A stretch of DNA of 64,000 nucleotides. It comes from Candidatus Doudnabacteria bacterium (GTDB lineage: Bacteria; Patescibacteriota; Doudnabacteria; UBA920; O2-02-FULL-48-8). The translations under genes and the position numbers were made by a program. The notes below the pieces were generated by a model. It was given only the letters and a program-made list of their open reading frames with translations, was not told the DNA's origin and did not search any database. The stretch is from the NCBI GenBank assembly GCA_025450105.1, contig JANWIA010000022.1, positions 5,630 to 69,629 on the forward strand, written 5' to 3'. This document shows positions 20,727-30,112 of this stretch, piece by piece. Every line of letters starts with the position of its first letter. Position 1 is the first letter of the stretch.

Positions 20727-22079
20727 CTAAATAATTAATTTTTTCACAAAATATTTTACCAATTCGTCAATCTTGATTCGTTCCTGTTGCATAGTGTCGC
20801 GGTCGCGGACAGTCACAGACTTATCATTGGCCGTTTCAAAGTCGACGGTCAAGCAATATGGTGTGCCGATTTCATCCTGGCGGCGGTAGCGCTTGCCAAT
20901 CGAACCAGACGTGTGATGTTCGACCATCCAGTGCTTCGCTAATTTTTTGGCAATATCCATTGATACTATTGTCAGCTCGTCTTTTTTAGATAGGGGTAGA
21001 ATTGCGACCTTAATTGGCGCTAATTCTTTTGGCAACTTTAAAGTAACTTCGGTCTCATGCACGGCATCGTCCTTGCCTGATCGGGCTTCAGTTTCGGTGT
21101 ACGATGAAAGAAGCACCGCCAAAATTGTTCTATCAACTCCCCAGGTCGGTTCAATTACATGAGGTGTGTATTCTTCACCACTGACCGGATCTTTATATTT
21201 TAAATTCTTTCCAGAAGCTTGCTCATGTCGGGACAAATCATAATCGGTGCGATATGCAATTCCATAAAGCTCTTTTTGACCGAATGGATAAACAAATTCG
21301 GTATCAACAGAGCGTTTACTATAGAATGCCCTGTCTTCATCTGAAATTTCCACGTACTTAACCTTCGATTCATCTAAACCGATAGCAGTAACCCACCGCT
21401 TTTGTTCTCCCAGCCAGTGTTCAAAATATTTTTCTGCATCTTTTGGGTGGACAAAATATTCAATTTCCATTTGCTCAAATTCACGAGTGCGGAAAATAAA
21501 ATTGCCAGGAGTAATTTCATTTCTGAACGCCTTACCAATCTGCGCAACACCAAATGGAATCTTAACCTGATAGTTATCGATAATTTGTTTAAAATCAACG
21601 AACATTGCTTGAGCTGTTTCTGGACGAAGATAAACTACAGACCCTTCGCTCTCCACCGGACCCAAATAGGTCTTAAGCATCATATTAAATTGTCGAGCTT
21701 CGGTAAATTCGTGTTTGCCCCCTTTTTGGCATTTCCAAAAAGAATCCTCTTGATCGGTGGGCAAACTATCTGCTCGAAATCTCTCATGACATTTTTTACA
21801 CTCGACCAAGGGATCGGAGAAATTTTTTAAGTGCCCAGACGCTTCCCAAACTTTGGGATTCATGATTATTGCAGCATCTAGACCGGCCATATCAAATCGT
21901 TGCTGGACAAACATTTTCCACCACAGTTTCTTGATGTTGTTTTTAAGTTCCACACCCAGCGGTCCGTAGTCCCAGGAGTTTGCCAAGCCGCCGTAAATTT
22001 CGCTTCCGGGAAAAATAAAACCTCGCCTCTTAGCGAGCGAGATTACTTTGTCCATCAAATCTGGTTGTTGTTTCTTCAT
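20727..22079 (-). CDS. glyQS: glycine--tRNA ligase (homodimeric type)
   Basis: YLRPETAQ, FRNEITP, FIFRTREFEQME, SIGKRYRRQDEIGTP. Confidence 0.97.
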   Translation of the reverse strand: MKKQQPDLMDKVISLAKRRGFIFPGSEIYGGLANSWDYGPLGVELKNNIKKLWWKMFVQQRFDMAGLDAAIIMNPKVWEASGHLKNFSDPLVECKKCHERFRADSLPTDQEDSFWKCQKGGKHEFTEARQFNMMLKTYLGPVESEGSVVYLRPETAQAMFVDFKQIIDNYQVKIPFGVAQIGKAFRNEITPGNFIFRTREFEQMEIEYFVHPKDAEKYFEHWLGEQKRWVTAIGLDESKVKYVEISDEDRAFYSKRSVDTEFVYPFGQKELYGIAYRTDYDLSRHEQASGKNLKYKDPVSGEEYTPHVIEPTWGVDRTILAVLLSSYTETEARSGKDDAVHETEVTLKLPKELAPIKVAILPLSKKDELTIVSMDIAKKLAKHWMVEHHTSGSIGKRYRRQDEIGTPYCLTVDFETANDKSVTVRDRDTMQQERIKIDELVKYFVKKLII

Positions 22080-22175
22080 ATATATGTGGTGACGCTGGAT
22101 TCCAGCCCGTAAAGACTGAATGGCTGCGGCACATTAATTGTATTTTGATTTTAACACGATTCTAAATTTGTGTCT

Positions 22176-22871
22176 TTAGGTCATTCTGTTTCGTCTATTC
22201 TTGATTTTGCTCGGCAAATTCACAAAAAACCAAGCAATGTAAATGAAGGTTAAGATCAAAAGAATGCCCAAAACTTTCGGGGCAATCGTATAAGTTTCTT
22301 CGCTGACCAATGCAGCTAAAATTGTAATAGGCATTAACCCGGCAAGGTTGGCAAAAGTAAATTTCCAAAATCCCAGCGGGGATGCACCGGCGATGTAATT
22401 CCACAAATCGAAGGATGTAATTGGATTTACTTTCAGGAAAAATACTGACCACGCTCCACGCTGAACCATAAAGTCGTTAAACTTTGTCACATATTTTTCT
22501 TCGACAAATCGGTCGAGCAATCGTGAGCCGAATTTGTGGCCAATCCAAAACCCAATACTCGATCCGATGAAGTTGCCGAGCATAACCAATAGAATCATAT
22601 TCCAGACCCCAAAGATTGCCACACCGATTGGGTAAATAAACCAGGACGGGATAAATGCAATCAAAACTTCCAAAATAATCAGCCCACAAAAAATCACCGC
22701 CGCCCAGCCACCATTGAAGCCGACCAAATATTGCTGGAACTCAACGGTGTTGTTGGAAAACAAATCGAATACCGCCTGCCCTTTGAAGAACGACCAAAAA
22801 CCCCACAATAACAACACAGTTAGGGTGATAGTGGCCACGAAATCGATAATTTTTCGAGAGCGTTCGCTCAT
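22176..22871 (-). CDS. TVP38/TMEM64 (VTT/DedA) membrane protein
   Basis: IGSSIGFWIGHKFG, NPITSFDLWNYIAG, FWKFTFAN. Confidence 0.85.
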   Translation of the reverse strand: MSERSRKIIDFVATITLTVLLLWGFWSFFKGQAVFDLFSNNTVEFQQYLVGFNGGWAAVIFCGLIILEVLIAFIPSWFIYPIGVAIFGVWNMILLVMLGNFIGSSIGFWIGHKFGSRLLDRFVEEKYVTKFNDFMVQRGAWSVFFLKVNPITSFDLWNYIAGASPLGFWKFTFANLAGLMPITILAALVSEETYTIAPKVLGILLILTFIYIAWFFVNLPSKIKNRRNRMT

Positions 22872-22967
22872 ATAATTTTCTAGTATCATTGTAGCATTGT
22901 TTACGCTTACTGCGCGATTGTTACAACCACACAACGAAAAAGCCGCCCTTGTTGTAACAAGAACGGC

Positions 22968-23339
22968 TCATGTGGTTTTGGAAACTTTGCTTATGGCTTC
23001 TGCCAGAGAGTAGGCACTTGGGATGCCTTCTACCGACTCGTTTGGTTTTGAGGGAATTGCCCCAAATTGAGTCAGAGCAGTTCTCGCCCGGCTCCCGGCT
23101 GGAACGAACCAGCACGATTTGATGTTGTGAGACAGCAACAGCTGATGGCTGCCCACAACATGAGCCATTCCGCCACTATCGAAGCGCGTAACACCGCTGA
23201 GGTCGATAATAGCCATTTTGATGCCAGCTGCAAGAGCGGATTCGATTTCATTCTTGAGGGCATCTTCGGGGTCCAACGACATCATCTCTGAAACAGTGAC
23301 CACCAAGAGGTCATTATGAACGACGGTGCTAATAAGCAA
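22968..23339 (-). CDS. STAS domain / anti-sigma factor antagonist-like protein (orphan cassette)
   Basis: IIDLSGVTRFDSGGM motif; AGGAGG SD before TTG start; own terminator. Confidence 0.75.
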   Translation of the reverse strand: MLISTVVHNDLLVVTVSEMMSLDPEDALKNEIESALAAGIKMAIIDLSGVTRFDSGGMAHVVGSHQLLLSHNIKSCWFVPAGSRARTALTQFGAIPSKPNESVEGIPSAYSLAEAISKVSKTT

Positions 23340-23393
23340 GCTTGCCTCCTTTGCTTACATTTTACATAAAGCAAGCGCCCAGGACAACATCGT

Positions 23394-24545
23394 CTATTCT
23401 TTGGTTCGGTCCTGATAATTTTCTAGTAAGTGGTCAAATTTTTCGGTTTCGATTGTTTCGCGGATCCGCGTCATGAGATTTAAATAGAATCGGAGGTTGT
23501 GCATGGTCGCTAAACGAATTCCGAGTGGTTCTTGTGAGGCCAACAAATGGCGGATATAAGCGCGAGTAAAGTTCATGCAGCCGTAGCAATTACAGGCATT
23601 ATCAACTGGCGTAAAATCTTCCTTAAATTTTTCGTTCATGATATTCATGGTCACGTAGCCTTCACCTTCGCCTGGTTTGAGGTTAACATAAAACTTTCCA
23701 TGTCGCGCTTCGCGGGTTGGAATAACACAATCAAAACTGTCGCAGCCAAGTCCCACTGCGCGGACAATTTGTTCCGGCGTTCCCACGCCAAGTAAGTGCT
23801 TGGGTTTTTCTTCTTCCAAATGCGGCATGGAATAACTTACGGCGTCATACATTCGCTGTGGGTCTTCACCGCCGTTGGCCACGCCACCAATGCAATAGCC
23901 GGGAAAATCGAGACTGCGAATTTCTTCTGCGGATTGTTTTCGTAAATCCGGAAAAATTGCGCCCTGAACAATTCCCCATTGCATTTGACCGGGATTGATA
24001 GAATTCGCCACTAATTTTTTATGTTCTTCCTTGGCACGCGCCGCCCACATACTGGTGCGCTCCACCATTGCGCGAACGACTTCCTTGTCGGCCAATGCGC
24101 CGGGAAACTCATCCAAAACAAGTGCTATGTCTGAACCCAAATTCAATTGGATCTGCACGGATTTTTCTGGCGTCAAAATAAAAGTGCTGCCATCAACTTC
24201 GGACTGGGATTGCACGCCGTTATCGGAAGTCTTAACCATTTTGGCCAAAGAAAAAACTTGGAACCCGCCGGAGTCGGTAAAAATTGCGGATTTCCAGTTC
24301 ATGAACTTGTGCAGGCCGCCGGCTTTGGCAATCAAAGCGTCACCCGGCCGCTGCCACAAATGGTAAGTGTTGGCTAAAATCATTTCCGCGCCCCAAAATT
24401 TTAATTCTTCCGCGGCAATGGATTTAATGGCACCCTTAGTGCCAATGGGGTTAAACACCGGTGTCTTCACATCACCATGCGCCGTGTGAATGACCCCCAG
24501 CCTGGCCTTGCTCTTTGAATCTTTTTTGAGAATTGTAAATGACAT
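23394..24545 (-). CDS. tgt: tRNA-guanine transglycosylase
   Basis: LANTYHL, TDSGGFQVFSL, DSFDCVIPTR, CNCYGC Zn site, HNL. Confidence 0.95.
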   Translation of the reverse strand: MSFTILKKDSKSKARLGVIHTAHGDVKTPVFNPIGTKGAIKSIAAEELKFWGAEMILANTYHLWQRPGDALIAKAGGLHKFMNWKSAIFTDSGGFQVFSLAKMVKTSDNGVQSQSEVDGSTFILTPEKSVQIQLNLGSDIALVLDEFPGALADKEVVRAMVERTSMWAARAKEEHKKLVANSINPGQMQWGIVQGAIFPDLRKQSAEEIRSLDFPGYCIGGVANGGEDPQRMYDAVSYSMPHLEEEKPKHLLGVGTPEQIVRAVGLGCDSFDCVIPTREARHGKFYVNLKPGEGEGYVTMNIMNEKFKEDFTPVDNACNCYGCMNFTRAYIRHLLASQEPLGIRLATMHNLRFYLNLMTRIRETIETEKFDHLLENYQDRTKE

Positions 24546-24563
24546 ATGTATCGAAATTGGTTA

Positions 24564-24637
24564 CCATCCCGAATTTGACCCGTCTGACGGGTCTTGTTTC
24601 GGGATCCAAAATAAGATCCTGACATTCGTCAGGATGG
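24564..24637. repeat. REP-like doublet with nested 15-bp insertion (24578-24592)
   Basis: CCATCCCGAA-TTTG-[ACCCGTCTGACGGGT]-CTTG-TTTCGGGATC plus AGATCCTGACATTCGTCAGGATGG. Confidence 0.85.
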
Positions 24638-24689
24638 ATTAAATCAACAGAATTAGTTTAACATTTTTTGGATAAAAAAACACCCGGGA

Positions 24690-25118
24690 TCACCATGAAT
24701 GGGATCCCGGGGTCGTGTAGTCGACGCTCGGAAGAAGCTTGGTTCTGGCACGGGCAGATGTCTGCTTGACCTTTAACCGCTTAAATCTTGAACGCTTCAT
24801 CTCCAGCTCGTCAGTCGTGGAGAGATGGTCTCGAAAACAATTCGGACAATTCCCCTCAAAGTAGTAAAATCCATCCTTGGCAGGAGCGGCCCGGAACTCG
24901 TCACTTACGCCCGGGATTAGCTTTGAAAGGTTGAGGGAACTCTTGCATCTCGTGCACTGGAACATCATGTACGGAAAATTGTCGCCGGACTTGCAGTGCG
25001 GACACAAACCGTCCGGATTTTCCATCCGCTCCTTGTTTAAGAACACCAAGCCGCAGTTCTCGCAAAGGTATTCTTGTTCCGGGTCCTTGCAAGCCATCGG
25101 CACTTTTGGCTTCGCCAC
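24690..25118 (-). CDS. double zinc-ribbon protein (orphan cassette)
   Basis: CENC, CPHC, CTRC, CPNC; TGTATAAT -10, AGGAGGTG SD before GTG. Confidence 0.7.
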   Translation of the reverse strand: MAKPKVPMACKDPEQEYLCENCGLVFLNKERMENPDGLCPHCKSGDNFPYMMFQCTRCKSSLNLSKLIPGVSDEFRAAPAKDGFYYFEGNCPNCFRDHLSTTDELEMKRSRFKRLKVKQTSARARTKLLPSVDYTTPGSHSW

Positions 25119-25220
25119 GATCACCTCCTTGATCTTAAACGGGATTATACAGTATGGCCGAAATAAAACAAAACGCCGGGAGGTGAGTACCTACCCGGCG
25201 TTGCGAAAGTTGAAAACGGT

Positions 25221-25673
25221 TTAGAGGAAGCTCGTCCATGCGTAGACGATGGCACCGGCCAAAACTGCTGCCTTGGCGAAATTCTGTAGACGACCCTTGA
25301 GGTTGTCCGCGAAAGTCCTTCTGCGAAGTTCCTCAAGATTGTCAGCCCAGTACCGAACGCAGGCTTGACGACGATCATCCGTCGCCTCGTCCCACGAACT
25401 GTACGCTTCTTCGACCTCGAATTCCGTGATTCCCATGATCCTCGCCACGAACTTGGTCATGTTCTTTCGATTCATTCGCGCCTTGATCTTTTCGATATCG
25501 ATCGGACGATCGAGGATGGTGAATACCATGATCGCCATGGGACAAACGACGTTGCCTCCATTCGGATCGTACCAGTCGCCGTGAGCGAGTTTTTCGGCGG
25601 AAGTCAGCGCGACCAGACAAGCTTCCTGGTGCTCGGCCGCGACGAGTACTGTTGGCACATCTCGCATGTACAT
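25221..25673 (-). CDS. hypothetical protein with C-terminal hydrophobic tail (orphan cassette)
   Basis: GGAGG SD, TATCAT -10; terminator hairpin at about 25170-25202. Confidence 0.7.
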   Translation of the reverse strand: MYMRDVPTVLVAAEHQEACLVALTSAEKLAHGDWYDPNGGNVVCPMAIMVFTILDRPIDIEKIKARMNRKNMTKFVARIMGITEFEVEEAYSSWDEATDDRRQACVRYWADNLEELRRRTFADNLKGRLQNFAKAAVLAGAIVYAWTSFL

Positions 25674-25794
25674 CAGATCCTCCGTTTCTGTTTCAGCCTA
25701 TGCAAGTTAAAGAAATGATACCAACCAGTTTCCTTTCTGGCAAACAAAACCTCTGCCATAAGTCTAACAATGGCAGAGGCCTTCCTCATGACTT

Positions 25795-26310
25795 CTAGAG
25801 CTTCTTGATAGAGGACAGCTTCTCGATCGCAGCGCGCAGCTGTTCCGAGAAGATACCCAATTGTTCCGAAGGAATCTCGTCGTCACCGGGTATGCTGTAG
25901 GGTCGTTTGAACTGGAATTCTCCTTCAAGTGGGAAGGGCAGCACAAACTTAGGTCCAAAATTCGCCACAGGACCCGCGGCTCCGAAGGGATTAGGGCAGA
26001 CTTCCGGATCTCCCATTGCCGTCATCCACAGGACATGAAGCTTGATCCGGAGCATGTAGGTCTTAACTTCGAACTTTTCGATGACCCACGTGCCGGTCTG
26101 TGACCAGATGCGACCTTGGGCAACCACTGGTGAAGGCACTTCGACTTCCATTAATGCACTCTCCAGCATGCCCGTCACGTACTCAATGACCTGCCCGTGA
26201 TGCAGCTTCACCAGGTACTCTTTCACCTTGGGATCATCGTTTCGAATGACCGGATTCACTTCTACCCGGCTTAGTTCTGAAGGCTTGGATTTCTTTTTCC
26301 CCTTTGCCAT
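25795..26310 (-). CDS. hypothetical protein with Lys-rich N-terminus (orphan cassette)
   Basis: TGCTATCAT, AAGGAGG SD; terminator CCTCTGCCAT...ATGGCAGAGG. Confidence 0.7.
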   Translation of the reverse strand: MAKGKKKSKPSELSRVEVNPVIRNDDPKVKEYLVKLHHGQVIEYVTGMLESALMEVEVPSPVVAQGRIWSQTGTWVIEKFEVKTYMLRIKLHVLWMTAMGDPEVCPNPFGAAGPVANFGPKFVLPFPLEGEFQFKRPYSIPGDDEIPSEQLGIFSEQLRAAIEKLSSIKKL

Positions 26311-26356
26311 CCGTTCCTCCTTGTTCGCAAATGATAGCAGATCCCTGATTATTTTC

Positions 26357-26415
26357 CCATCCCGAACTTATTTCGGGATCTTTTTTTAAGAGATCCTGAA
26401 ATGAATTCAGAATGG
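26357..26415. repeat. REP-like palindrome doublet
   Basis: CCATCCCGAACTTATTTCGGGATCT plus AGATCCTGAAATGAATTCAGAATGG. Confidence 0.85.
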
Positions 26416-26447
26416 TATTAATAATCCCCGCTCGTGCGGAGATTAAA

Positions 26448-26675
26448 TTACTTAGGAGTGCCTTTTGATTTCCTGTTATTCCATTTTTCTTTCCATTTGT
26501 CCCAGAAGGTTAAGCGGATGCCCCAGATTCCAAATCCAAAAAAGATTAACCATGAACCGGGAGTTAATGGAGTGACTAATGCAACCAGACCGATCAAAAT
26601 TAAAACGATGCCAAGAATTCTTTTGGCTAATGATGCTTGTGACGGGGTAAATTCAAAAATATCTTTCCAATTCAT
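26448..26675 (-). CDS. small membrane protein (PGPGW-like hairpin)
   Basis: GLVALVTPLTPGSWLIFFG. Confidence 0.7.
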   Translation of the reverse strand: MNWKDIFEFTPSQASLAKRILGIVLILIGLVALVTPLTPGSWLIFFGFGIWGIRLTFWDKWKEKWNNRKSKGTPK

Positions 26676-26825
26676 GCAATAAGGATACCACCCTGCATAC
26701 TATTGTTCAATGAGACAAAATAAAAAAGGGTGCCGATCCTGGGAACATCCCAAGCTTCCGGCACCCTGCCCAGCTATCCCGTTCCTGCGTTTAAAACGGG
26801 AGTCACCAAACCTCAATCTTGTAGT

Positions 26826-27026
26826 TCAAGGTCCAACGATCAGCTTTGGATCCTTTTCGCCCAACGCCAACGCATCAACCTTCTTGCACTCAAAAGGCTC
26901 TGCGATCAGACGACCCGCCTTGTCCGTTGTAATCCGAATGGACGCTTTTCCACGATGCACAACAACGGTGTCGCCCTCATCCGTATCAACAACCAACGGT
27001 GTCTTCTTCACCATTGTGATAACCAT
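26826..27026 (-). CDS. small beta-rich hypothetical protein (orphan cassette)
   Basis: GGTATGAT -10, GGAGG SD; terminator AGGGTGCCG...CGGCACCCT downstream. Confidence 0.6.
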   Translation of the reverse strand: MVITMVKKTPLVVDTDEGDTVVVHRGKASIRITTDKAGRLIAEPFECKKVDALALGEKDPKLIVGP

Positions 27027-27074
27027 GATTCCTCCGTACTTGAGGAACATCATACCACAGATCCGAATGACGGA

Positions 27075-28790
27075 CTATGGTTCAATTGGAGCCAAGGGTG
27101 GTTTCGGTGTAAGCGGGGCTTTTAGATTCTCAATAAAGTAGTCTCCGTCTTCATCAATATTAATAACTCGGGCAGCACCGTCTAAGTCCTGTTCAATGCG
27201 AGGAGCACCGACATAGAAGATACGGCTAGCACCATCAGCCTTCACTTTAAGTAAATCAGAACTGTTAATCCGAGCTCGGGTTGCACCATCGGCATCAATA
27301 TCCGCAGACTTGCCCACCAATTCGATTCCGTTAAAACTGGATGCGCCGTCAATCTTCAAAACCACAGTTGGAGCTGTACCAAACAAAGTTGCTCGCGACG
27401 CACCGTCCATGCCTGCGGTCAAAGTACCAGTTAGTTTAAGTCCCATGTTCAAGCGCGACGCGCCATCTAAATTGACTTCAAAATCTTTGGTAGCAAATTC
27501 CGCAGACTCAATCCGCACCGCACCGTCGGCTATGACCGACGTCAGTTGCGGCATGGTGATATCAACCGTTACCGGCTCGTCCCAACAAATAAAACAAAAA
27601 TGGTTACGGGAATCTTGTCGCATCTTCAGGGCGTCTTCGAATTTCTCAACTTGGAATGATTCCATATCAATCTGCCGGCCATGGGCCACAACAGAATAAT
27701 CTTTCCCCTGTTTAATATTCACGCGCACTGCACTCGACACGGCCAATTTGGTAAAGTCACTAATCTCGTATATTTCGGAAACCTGCTGGACTTGCGGCAA
27801 ACTTTCGTAGCGGGCTTTTAATTCCGGACCGAATCGGCTGGCCACAACGCCACCAGTCATCAAAAATACAAACCAAGCCACAGCCAAACCAATTATCATG
27901 GCAACCTTAATAGTACTTTTACCGCGGACCAAAGAAATACCAAGCATCAACATCAAATACAGCGGGATGATGACAATGGCAAAGGCCAAGAGCAACAATC
28001 CAACATATTGCCACCCAGTGACAATCTGCGACAACGGCAAATCCATGTATTCGGAATTGCGGTTGAACAATGCCACGGCAAACGCAAACGTTGTGGCGAC
28101 AATGCTAACCGTTGTGGCAAAGGTCACAACAACCCCTATAAACTTTACTATAATTGTAAACAGCAAACGGATTAATCGACCCAGTCCTACAAAGAATCTT
28201 TTAAAAAAATTGCTGTTTTTGGCGTCATTGATTCTATCCTTTACAGTTTTCTGAATTCCGGATAAATCTACACCTTGCCCGCGCATCTGCGATTTTTGTT
28301 CCGCAGTTTGGGCTGACGGCGTTAAGACCCACATGATAATATAGATAACTACCCCTGCGCCACCCGACAAAGTAATCAGCACAAACAACAATCGGAACAG
28401 AATTGGATCAACACCAAAGTAAGCGCCCAAACCAGAAGACACACCGCCAACCATTCCGTTTTGTTCGTCCCTGAACAATCTTTTGCCAGACTTTGTCTCT
28501 TCAGTTTTTTCGGGTTGTTCCGCGCCGGAATCAAAATCTTCAACCCGGCCCATACTTTTAATCAGCTTCTGGACCTCATCCAAGGTTACAATCTTATCCT
28601 TTAATTTATCCTTGCCAGACAAAAATTGTTCCGCCATGCGCGATTCCATATCCGAAATAATCTCATCCTTATTTGGATCCGCAGCAAAATGATTTTTAAT
28701 AGATTTTAAATATTCATCGAGTACCACAAAAGCATCGTCCTCGATGTAGAAGATGGAACCTCCTATATTGATGCTAATTGTTTTTTTCAT
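27075..28790 (-). CDS. PspC domain protein with C-terminal DUF2807/GIN-like beta-helix
   Basis: MKKTISINIGG..F.IEDDAF N-terminus, KRLFRD...GGVSSGLGAYFGVDP, TM region, repeated DGAS motifs. Confidence 0.85.
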   Translation of the reverse strand: MKKTISINIGGSIFYIEDDAFVVLDEYLKSIKNHFAADPNKDEIISDMESRMAEQFLSGKDKLKDKIVTLDEVQKLIKSMGRVEDFDSGAEQPEKTEETKSGKRLFRDEQNGMVGGVSSGLGAYFGVDPILFRLLFVLITLSGGAGVVIYIIMWVLTPSAQTAEQKSQMRGQGVDLSGIQKTVKDRINDAKNSNFFKRFFVGLGRLIRLLFTIIVKFIGVVVTFATTVSIVATTFAFAVALFNRNSEYMDLPLSQIVTGWQYVGLLLLAFAIVIIPLYLMLMLGISLVRGKSTIKVAMIIGLAVAWFVFLMTGGVVASRFGPELKARYESLPQVQQVSEIYEISDFTKLAVSSAVRVNIKQGKDYSVVAHGRQIDMESFQVEKFEDALKMRQDSRNHFCFICWDEPVTVDITMPQLTSVIADGAVRIESAEFATKDFEVNLDGASRLNMGLKLTGTLTAGMDGASRATLFGTAPTVVLKIDGASSFNGIELVGKSADIDADGATRARINSSDLLKVKADGASRIFYVGAPRIEQDLDGAARVINIDEDGDYFIENLKAPLTPKPPLAPIEP

Positions 28791-29130
28791 ACGATTTGAT
28801 TAATTGGTTAATAGATTTATTTAAATTTTCCCAGTTGTCCGTAAGATTCTTTAACGTTTCCTTGCCCTTATCTGTTAGCGAATAATATTTGCGCGGCGGC
28901 CCAGAATCTGATTCGTTCCATTTATAACTTAACAGCCCAGTAGTTTTAAGTCTGCTAAGCAGCGGGTATAAAGTTCCTTCGACCACAATTAAATCAGCTT
29001 CTTTAAGCTGATTTAAAATATCGGTGGCATAAACCTCACCGCGGCCAATAATGAGCAAAATGCAGAACTCCAAAGTTCCTTTGCGCATCTGGGCCTTATT
29101 GTTTTCTAGGTCTGTTTCTGGGGTTTTCAT
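28774..29130 (-). CDS. PadR family transcriptional regulator
   Basis: QMRKGTLEFCIL, EGTLYPLLSRL, GPPRKYYSLT. Confidence 0.93.
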   Translation of the reverse strand: MKTPETDLENNKAQMRKGTLEFCILLIIGRGEVYATDILNQLKEADLIVVEGTLYPLLSRLKTTGLLSYKWNESDSGPPRKYYSLTDKGKETLKNLTDNWENLNKSINQLIKSYEKNN

Positions 29131-29153
29131 ATATAAACCCAGTATAAACTATA

Positions 29154-29176
29154 AGTACCTTGCAATGCAAGGTACT
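29154..29176. promoter_or_regulatory. probable PadR operator overlapping the padR promoter
   Basis: Perfect 11-1-11 palindrome AGTACCTTGCA-A-TGCAAGGTACT upstream of TATACT -10 box on the minus strand. Confidence 0.7.
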
Positions 29177-29188
29177 ATGTGTGGATAA

Positions 29189-29755
29189 TTACTGTTCCAT
29201 CATTTTAATAAACAAACCACGATTGTCTCGAAGTTGTTGCAGTAATGCTCCGTTAATCAAAACAATATCTTTTTTCTTGGACGCCCAGTCCACTGCCCTA
29301 CTACTAAACCTACTTGTTGTAAAAATAAAAACCTTATCATATCCACCGTACGACTTTACTCCATACATATCCCGGACAACAGTTTCATCTACGTTTCGCC
29401 ACTTGCCGTATTTTTTACACTGAACACAAAATCTTTTTCCTTTATATTTAACTTCTACATCAATACCATGATCAAACCCAGTTTTAGCCTCACGTTTAGA
29501 TAAAACTGCTTCAGCGCCAGCATTTATAAAAAGACCTTGCACCCAAACTTCGAATGCTTCCGGAGTTAAGCCTTTAATTAAATTATGGACTCTTCCGTGC
29601 TTTAACATTAAAGTTCTTGCGCGCTTCTTTCTGTATTCATATCGAAGCAATAATAAAAGGATGATAAACAAAATTATCATTCCTAGTGCTATAGCAAGAT
29701 TAAGTGAACTGATTCCTGAACTATTTTGTAATGACGGATTTAAATATGTAGTCAT
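29189..29755 (-). CDS. membrane-anchored Mrr-like restriction endonuclease domain protein
   Basis: N-terminal TM; FEVWV, DHGIDV, VQCKKY, TTSRFS, LING; AT-rich. Confidence 0.8.
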   Translation of the reverse strand: MTTYLNPSLQNSSGISSLNLAIALGMIILFIILLLLLRYEYRKKRARTLMLKHGRVHNLIKGLTPEAFEVWVQGLFINAGAEAVLSKREAKTGFDHGIDVEVKYKGKRFCVQCKKYGKWRNVDETVVRDMYGVKSYGGYDKVFIFTTSRFSSRAVDWASKKKDIVLINGALLQQLRDNRGLFIKMMEQ

Positions 29756-29800
29756 AAAAAAGGTGAAGGCACTCCTGCAGCGCAGAAGTGCCTTATGGGA

Positions 29801-30025
29801 TTAGGCAAGGCCTAGGTCGAAAGAAGCGAGAACTCGCCTCAACCAGTCAATGGTCTTATCATCAACTTGAGGGATTCTTTTCAGATCCCTGACCAACACA
29901 CCTGCCACATCCCGAACATAGACGTAGCCTCGCTGCCTCAGCACACCCAATCGAGGGCGGCCCTCCGGAAATTTCATCCGAAGCATTACGAGTGATAGAT
30001 CGCGTGGATCTCTCAGCTTCTTCAT
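29801..30025 (-). CDS. stand-alone RNA polymerase alpha-CTD-like protein (orphan cassette)
   Basis: LRQRGYVYVRDV...DLKRIPQVDDKTIDWLRRVLASFDLGL parallels the alpha-CTD pattern; AGGAG SD; own terminator. Confidence 0.6.
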   Translation of the reverse strand: MKKLRDPRDLSLVMLRMKFPEGRPRLGVLRQRGYVYVRDVAGVLVRDLKRIPQVDDKTIDWLRRVLASFDLGLA

Positions 30026-30112
30026 TTTGACTCCTTTGTTGAAAGGTAGTGAAATCCACGAGGGATTTCACAAGGTATCAAAATGAGAATTCAGCCAAAA
30101 CGGCCAACGTCT

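Noticed and set aside
29180-29188. DnaA box (and another at 41876) as a replication origin
   Set aside because: Isolated single boxes, no cluster, no dnaA and no strand switch
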